A stretch of 3,816 bases of DNA from a virus (Duplodnaviria > Heunggongvirae > Uroviricota > Caudoviricetes). The stretch covers positions 1-3,816 of the IMG/VR virus record IMGVR_UViG_2609459834_000012; one strand, given 5' to 3'. The notes beneath the pieces were generated by a model. The model was not told the DNA's origin, made no database searches, and was given only the letters and a program-made list of their open reading frames with translations. The position numbers and the translations under genes are program-made. Positions 1 to 3,816 of this stretch are shown here, piece after piece. Within the stretch, counting starts at the first letter, position 1. Each line of letters begins with the position of its first letter.

Positions 1-1029
1 GTGGCTCTTGCCGTGCATGACGCTAACAACACCGCTATCGGGATCTACAACTCTTTTTCACCGACGACAGCGCAGGCCGCAGCGCTTAGCAGCAATGTGA
101 AAATTAACGGGATCACGCGAAAAGTAGCGACAAACTCTACTGCTGACCTTCTGTTAACCGGTACGGCAGGCACGACTATCACGAATGGCTCCGCACGGGA
201 TAAAAACGGCATTATCTGGAATTTTCCCGCAAGTGTAGCGATCGGCGTTGATGGTACTGTGCTGGTGACGGCCACATGTGCGAATAGCGGTTCGGTTGCT
301 GCGATGGCCGGGACTATTACCACCATTAACACACCGACTCGCGGCTGGGTGTCGGTAACCAACCCAGCTTCGGCTACTGTCGGTTCACCAGCAGAAACCG
401 ACGCAGAGCTGCGCATTCGGCAGGGGCAAAGCGTAGCGCTACCCTCTATCACGCCGTTTGAAGGTGTCGACGGTGCAATAGCTAACGTTGCTGGCGTGAC
501 ACGTCACAAGTTGTATGAGAACGACACTGGGGCAACCGACAGCAACGGGCTGCCGCCACACTCAATTTCCGCCATCGTCGATGGTGGAGATGTTACCGAA
601 ATAGCCCAGACCATCAGGGGGAATAAAGGACAGGGAACGGCAACCTACGGGACAACTTCTGTCACGGTGCCGGATACTTACGGTAATCCTCACGTCATCA
701 GTTTTTCACGCTCTACCGATGTGCCAATTTTCGTAGCCATTACCCTGAAAGTTTTTACCGGGTATACCTCTCAAATCGGCGAGCAGATCAAACAGGCTGT
801 TGCCGGCTATATTAATGGCCTGACAATTGGCGACGACGTTCTGCTGAGCCGTATTTATTCCCCGGCAAACCTTGGCGTTGTGAGCGGCGGTAATGCCCGA
901 TATTACGACATTACCGAACTGCTGATCGGTAAGTCGTCTGGCAGCGTATCGGCATCAAACATTGATATTGCCTATGATGCTTCAGCGTCCTGTAGCACCG
1001 CGAATATCAGTATCACGGTGACCTCATGA
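1..1029 (+). CDS. Baseplate J-family protein (P2 gpJ / T4 gp6-like baseplate wedge), 5'-partial at the window edge
   Basis: Frame 1 is open from base 1 to TGA at 1027-1029. The motif ETDAELRIRQ resembles the E-x-D-x-x-LR-x-R motif I recall near residue ~115 of P2 gpJ, and the protein has the Thr/Ala/Gly/Ser-rich character of these wedge proteins. Its stop overlaps the next gene's start (ATGA at 1026-1029). The true start cannot be determined: position 1 is GTG, but the ORF probably continues upstream. Confidence 0.7.
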   Translation: MALAVHDANNTAIGIYNSFSPTTAQAAALSSNVKINGITRKVATNSTADLLLTGTAGTTITNGSARDKNGIIWNFPASVAIGVDGTVLVTATCANSGSVAAMAGTITTINTPTRGWVSVTNPASATVGSPAETDAELRIRQGQSVALPSITPFEGVDGAIANVAGVTRHKLYENDTGATDSNGLPPHSISAIVDGGDVTEIAQTIRGNKGQGTATYGTTSVTVPDTYGNPHVISFSRSTDVPIFVAITLKVFTGYTSQIGEQIKQAVAGYINGLTIGDDVLLSRIYSPANLGVVSGGNARYYDITELLIGKSSGSVSASNIDIAYDASASCSTANISITVTS

Positions 1030-1706
1030 GCAAATACACCGAACTAATCACGAACTACCACGCCACCAAACCTAAATTTCTTGCGCATGTTGATCTGATG
1101 ACCCGGCCGCTTATTGATGTTGCGGCTGCCACCAGAGGGCTGATTACTGCATTTGATATTGACTCTGCGGTTGGTGTGCAACTTGACATTCTGGGATTGT
1201 GGATCGGGCGTAGCCGTGTTGTCAGCCAGCCTATATCAGGTGTCTATTTCAGCTGGGATACCGACGGGCTTGGATATGATCAGGGGGTATGGCAGGGGCC
1301 GTATGACCCGGATTCGGGCTATACGTCACTGAGCGATGACACCTACCGCATCATTCTGAAAGCGAAAATCGCTATCAACAACTGGGACGGTCGGAACGAC
1401 TCTCTGCCTCCCATCCTTGACGCTGCGACTGCAGGCTCAGGCCTGAGGATGCAAATTGTCGACAACCAGGACATGACGATATCGGTTTGGGTATTCCCCG
1501 AGACTGATATTTCTGATGTGTCTCTTGAACTGATTGCCGCTATCAAACAGGGCTATCTCACCGTTAAAGCAGCTGGCGTATGGGCCGGTGATGTTGAAAC
1601 GCCTTCGGTAGAAGCACCATCCGAGGGCTCTAAATTCTTTGGGTTTGATATGGATAACGAATACATCGGCGGGGTCGATGTAGGGGCATGGGGAGTATTA
1701 CTCTGA
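1026..1706 (+). CDS. Phage tail/baseplate protein in the gpI / Mu gp48 position (tail protein I-like)
   Basis: 226-aa ORF. ATG at 1026 overlaps the upstream stop (ATGA), and its own TGA at 1704-1706 overlaps the ATG at 1706 (TGATG). It sits between the baseplate J gene and the tail fiber gene, where P2 and Mu encode gpI / gp48. The family assignment is mainly positional; I do not recognise a diagnostic motif with certainty. Confidence 0.55.
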   Translation: MSKYTELITNYHATKPKFLAHVDLMTRPLIDVAAATRGLITAFDIDSAVGVQLDILGLWIGRSRVVSQPISGVYFSWDTDGLGYDQGVWQGPYDPDSGYTSLSDDTYRIILKAKIAINNWDGRNDSLPPILDAATAGSGLRMQIVDNQDMTISVWVFPETDISDVSLELIAAIKQGYLTVKAAGVWAGDVETPSVEAPSEGSKFFGFDMDNEYIGGVDVGAWGVLL

Positions 1707-2734
1707 TGGCAAAAAATGACTTTAAAGCGTTTGCAACTGATCGAAATGCCAATGTTATGTCGCAGGAGGAATGGGAAGCGTTGCCTGCGCTTATATCCGG
1801 ATTTACAGCAGGGAAAGCATCCAGTGCGCAAGTCAATAAGGTTATTCGGCAGGCCAGCTTTATTGCTGCAGCTCTGGCCCAGTTTGTAAGTGATAAAACG
1901 CAACGGGATGTGCTTGATAATGGTGATCTGCCCGGTTTTGTTGAATTGCTGGGATCGGGGTTTGCTGTTGAATACCTGAGCCGCAAGAATCCGTTTGGCG
2001 ATATCAAATCGGATGGCACTGTGCAAACGGCTCTCGAAAACCTTGGTATTAAAAACGCATCAACAACACAGGTGGGTTTAGTCCGGTTAACGTCATCGCG
2101 GGTATCGGGTGCAGAGGATATTGCAGCCACAGCTAATGCTGTCGCGCAAAACTATACGGATATAAAGGCGCTGCAAAATAAGACTCAGGATGCAACTACT
2201 ACTCAGAAAGGTATTGTTCAACTTACATCATCAAGGGTTTCCGAATCTGAAACTCTTGCTGCAACCACAAAAGCAGTGGCGTTGAATTATGCGGACATAC
2301 AGGCGTTGCAAGGCAAGACCAATGATGCAACCCCAACAAACAAGGGAATTATCCGCGTATCTGATTCCAGAACATCGACGGAATCTGGTGTTGCTGCATC
2401 ATCACTTGCTGCATCACAAAACTATTCAGATATGAAAGGGTTGTTTGGTCAATGCGGAATGAAATCTAGAAATCTCGGTGTCGTATACACCAACAGCCAG
2501 TCTTTCGCCATATTTGTAAGCGTCAATGCGGTGCTGTCTGACGGTAGTTCATTTCTGAGCGCCAACGTTAATGTGGATGGTAATTCGGCTAATTTTCGCG
2601 GCTCTCAGACAACAAATCTTGCAGGGCAAAGAGCAACTATCGCATTCATGGTTCCTGCCGGTGCGACCTATATTGTGCAGCAGTTTTCAGGAACAGTGTC
2701 AGATGTTACCTGGGTAGAGGTGGATAAAAAATGA
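1706..2734 (+). CDS. Tail fiber protein (receptor-binding fiber with tandem phage-fiber repeats); alternative start at 1688
   Basis: Three tandem ~44-45 aa repeats of the classic tail-fiber motif G-[IV]-x-x-L-[TS]-S-x-x-S-x-x-E-x-x-A-A-T-x-x-A-V, as I recall from P2 gpH and related fibers. The 1706 start (MAKNDFKAF...) is preferred because it overlaps the upstream stop as TGATG and has GGGAG about 10 nt upstream. The ORF-track start at 1688 has its nearest purine-rich run only 1 nt from the ATG. Stop TGA at 2732-2734 overlaps the chaperone start. Confidence 0.85.
   Translation: MAKNDFKAFATDRNANVMSQEEWEALPALISGFTAGKASSAQVNKVIRQASFIAAALAQFVSDKTQRDVLDNGDLPGFVELLGSGFAVEYLSRKNPFGDIKSDGTVQTALENLGIKNASTTQVGLVRLTSSRVSGAEDIAATANAVAQNYTDIKALQNKTQDATTTQKGIVQLTSSRVSESETLAATTKAVALNYADIQALQGKTNDATPTNKGIIRVSDSRTSTESGVAASSLAASQNYSDMKGLFGQCGMKSRNLGVVYTNSQSFAIFVSVNAVLSDGSSFLSANVNVDGNSANFRGSQTTNLAGQRATIAFMVPAGATYIVQQFSGTVSDVTWVEVDKK
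2054..2452 (+). repeat. Three in-frame tandem tail-fiber repeat units (~132-135 bp each) inside the tail fiber gene
   Basis: Protein-level repeats: [44 protein letters not shown] / [45 protein letters not shown] / [44 protein letters not shown]. The DNA copies are clearly diverged, so this is an old duplication rather than a recent one. Confidence 0.75.
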
Positions 2735-3099
2735 TAACAATGATGAAGTATTACAAAGATGAAAATAACGTCGTATATGCCTACGATGCGTATGGCACAC
2801 AGGATGCTTTTATCAAAGAAGAGCTTGTGCCAATCACCAGAAGTGAGGCTATGGCAATTATTAATCCCCCACCGACTCATGAACAACTCATCCAGGCTGC
2901 TGAAAATGAGCGACAGCGATTACTGTCCGCCGCTGATGCAATTATGCTCGACTGGCGCACAGAGCTGATGCTGGGTGAAATCAGCGATGCCAACAGAGCT
3001 AAACTTTCGGCGTGGCTTTTATATAAGAATCAGGTTAAGGCTGTTGATGTAACAACCGACCCTGAGCATGTTAACTGGCCTGTCATCCCGGAACTTTAA
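2731..3099 (+). CDS. Tail fiber assembly chaperone (Tfa; Mu U / P2 gpG / lambda Tfa family)
   Basis: 122-aa ORF. The C-terminal region [58 protein letters not shown] follows the conserved Tfa pattern, including the terminal W-P-x-x-P. ATG at 2731 overlaps the tail fiber stop (ATGA), with GAGG/GGA 6-10 nt upstream. In-frame alternative starts exist at 2740 and 2743. Stop TAA at 3097-3099. Confidence 0.85.
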   Translation: MITMMKYYKDENNVVYAYDAYGTQDAFIKEELVPITRSEAMAIINPPPTHEQLIQAAENERQRLLSAADAIMLDWRTELMLGEISDANRAKLSAWLLYKNQVKAVDVTTDPEHVNWPVIPEL

Positions 3100-3105
3100 A
3101 CCATA

Positions 3106-3150
3106 CTGGTCTTGCTACATCAATGCGCATCAGCAAGACCAGCTATTTTC
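3106..3150 (+). terminator. Candidate intrinsic terminator of the tail operon: 11-bp perfect stem, 15-nt loop, short T tract
   Basis: CTGGTCTTGCT (3106-3116) and AGCAAGACCAG (3132-3142) are exact reverse complements. The loop ACATCAATGCGCATC contains the palindrome ATGCGCAT (3123-3130). The stem is followed by CTATTTTC, and the element begins 7 nt after the chaperone stop. The loop is long and the T tract is only 4 T, so terminator strength is uncertain; it could instead be a protein-binding inverted repeat. Confidence 0.4.
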
Positions 3151-3184
3151 AAACTAAGCAACATAGCCCTCCGCTACTCCTCCT

Positions 3185-3204
3185 GTTCGAAACGAACCTT
3201 TTTT
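3185..3204 (+). other. Short palindrome GTTCG-AAA-CGAAC followed by a T6 run (weak terminator-like element or binding site)
   Basis: GTTCG (3185-3189) / AAA / CGAAC (3193-3197), then C and TTTTTT (3199-3204). The stem is only 5 bp. The T run leads straight into TATAAC (3204-3209), a possible -10 hexamer for the invertase gene with no convincing -35 partner. Confidence 0.3.
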
Positions 3205-3236
3205 ATAACCATCAAAAATCTGGTGATGCTTCGCCG

Positions 3237-3263
3237 TTTCTCCTGTTTTCATAACAGGAGAAA
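3237..3263 (+). promoter_or_regulatory. Perfect 11-5-11 palindrome overlapping the invertase Shine-Dalgarno (candidate SD-sequestering hairpin or operator)
   Basis: TTTCTCCTGTT (3237-3247) / TTCAT / AACAGGAGAAA (3253-3263) are exact reverse complements. The right arm contains the SD AGGAG (3256-3260), 7 nt upstream of the invertase ATG at 3268. The left arm carries the anti-SD-like CTCCT. Confidence 0.45.
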
Positions 3264-3267
3264 TCCC

Positions 3268-3816
3268 ATGATTTACGGTTATGCCCGAGTATCAACAAAC
3301 CACCAGGACACTGAATTGCAACTAACGGCGCTCAAGTCAGCGGGTTGTGAGAAAATTTTTGAAGAGCATGCCAGCGGGAGGAAATCGAATCGGCCGGTTC
3401 TAAAACGGCTGATCGCCATTATGCAGCCGGGGGATGAACTGGTGGTCTGGAAGCTGGACAGGATAGGCCGCAACGTTCTGCATGCGCTGTTGATGTTCCA
3501 GCAGTTACAGGAAAAGGGTATCAACTTCCGCAGTATTACCGATGGCGTGGATCTCAAAACAGCCAGCGGCCGCTATAACTTTCGTAACATCCTTTCCGCA
3601 GCACAATATGAATCTGATCTTAATAGCGAACGTACCTTAGCAGGGCTGGCCGTAGCCAGGGCAAAAGGGCGAGTTGGTGGTCGCAGGCCTAAGTTCACGG
3701 ATGAGCAATGGCGGGAAATGGGGGAGCGGATGGCAACCGGTGAATCACGACAAAGCGTATCAAAAACGTATGGAGTAGGGCTCTCAACTCTGTATAAAAA
3801 GTTTCCAGCTAGCTGA
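3268..3816 (+). CDS. Small serine recombinase, DNA invertase of the Hin/Gin/Cin/Pin family
   Basis: 182-aa ORF starting MIYGYARVSTNHQ, with the catalytic serine in the conserved YxRVST motif near the N terminus. Further matches to the family as I recall it are VVWKLDRIGR, VGGRRPK and the C-terminal helix-turn-helix GVGLSTLYKKFPAS (Hin and Pin end similarly). Strong SD AGGAG is 7 nt upstream; stop TGA at 3814-3816. The ORF-track version starting at 3112 uses a TTG inside the terminator hairpin and is almost certainly an artefact of the open frame. Confidence 0.9.
   Translation: MIYGYARVSTNHQDTELQLTALKSAGCEKIFEEHASGRKSNRPVLKRLIAIMQPGDELVVWKLDRIGRNVLHALLMFQQLQEKGINFRSITDGVDLKTASGRYNFRNILSAAQYESDLNSERTLAGLAVARAKGRVGGRRPKFTDEQWREMGERMATGESRQSVSKTYGVGLSTLYKKFPAS

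Noticed and set aside
45-452. 135-aa minus-strand ORF antisense to the baseplate J gene
   Set aside because: It lies entirely within a well-supported plus-strand gene, has no recognisable motif, and is the kind of antisense ORF expected in GC-rich coding sequence.
860-885. hix-like core GCAAACC-TT-GGCGTTG inside the baseplate J gene
   Set aside because: Only the central AAACC-TT-GG resembles a hix/gix core. The flanking half-sites do not match, and the location far upstream in the baseplate gene makes no biological sense for a fiber switch.
1934-1945. GGTTTTGTTGAA in the 5' part of the tail fiber gene, resembling a hix/gix right half-site
   Set aside because: The opposing left half-site (1920-1931) has no AAACC-type match, and no partner site was found near the invertase. 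A single half-site match is expected by chance.
1343-2130. Minus-strand ORFs (1343-1546, 1553-2026, 1630-2130) antisense to the gpI-like and tail fiber genes
   Set aside because: They overlap each other and the supported plus-strand genes, the proteins are Arg/Ser/Cys-rich with no domain signature, and they are not an inverted S'/U' cassette (no fiber repeats or Tfa motif).
2683-2696. GTTTTCAGGAACAG at the fiber 3' end, resembling GTTTTCATAACAGG in the SD palindrome
   Set aside because: The similarity is offset by one base, in direct rather than inverted orientation, and too short to support a recombination site pair.
2668-2968. ORFs 2668-2886 (-) and 2759-2968 (+, alternate frame) overlapping the chaperone gene
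   Set aside because: They are alternate-frame or antisense reads of the chaperone gene. The minus-strand product is Cys/His/Phe-rich junk and does not resemble an alternative chaperone.
2833-3228. 9-bp inverted match ATCACCAGA (2833-2841) / TCTGGTGAT (3220-3228) between the chaperone gene and the invertase upstream region
   Set aside because: About one 9-mer inverted match is expected by chance between regions of this size, and there is no extended symmetry around it.
3112-3267. N-terminal extension of the invertase ORF (TTG start at 3112, 234 aa as given in the ORF track)
   Set aside because: The extension starts inside the terminator-like hairpin, has no SD, and encodes a low-complexity peptide. 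The canonical MIYGYARVST N terminus with a strong SD begins at 3268.
3279-3557. 92-aa minus-strand ORF antisense to the invertase gene
   Set aside because: It lies within the confidently called invertase CDS and has no supporting signals.
1-3816. tRNA, rRNA, CRISPR arrays, or IS/transposon terminal repeats
   Set aside because: No cloverleaf-compatible segments, no regularly spaced direct repeats, and no terminal inverted repeats bracketing a transposase were seen. The only recombinase is the small serine invertase.

Overview
This 3.8 kb window is the distal end of a phage or prophage tail morphogenesis operon, with all genes on the + strand and codon usage that looks enterobacterial. In order: the 3' ~1 kb of a baseplate J-family gene (cut by the window edge), a tail protein in the gpI / Mu gp48 position, a tail fiber gene with three tandem fiber repeats, a tail fiber assembly chaperone, a 168 bp intergenic region carrying three inverted-repeat elements, and a complete small serine DNA invertase of the Hin/Gin/Cin/Pin family. 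The three upstream gene junctions overlap start and stop codons (ATGA, TGATG, ATGA), so the tail genes are probably translationally coupled. This is the known invertase-linked tail fiber host-range module (Mu G segment, P1 C segment, e14 P segment), not a new system. What is unusual is that only one tail fiber / chaperone cassette is visible, no alternative inverted cassette lies between the chaperone and the invertase, and I could not find a canonical hix/gix crossover site by eye. A perfect 11-5-11 palindrome sits exactly over the invertase ribosome binding site. No tRNA, rRNA, CRISPR array or transposon ends were seen. All homology statements come from motif recognition by eye; no searches were run.
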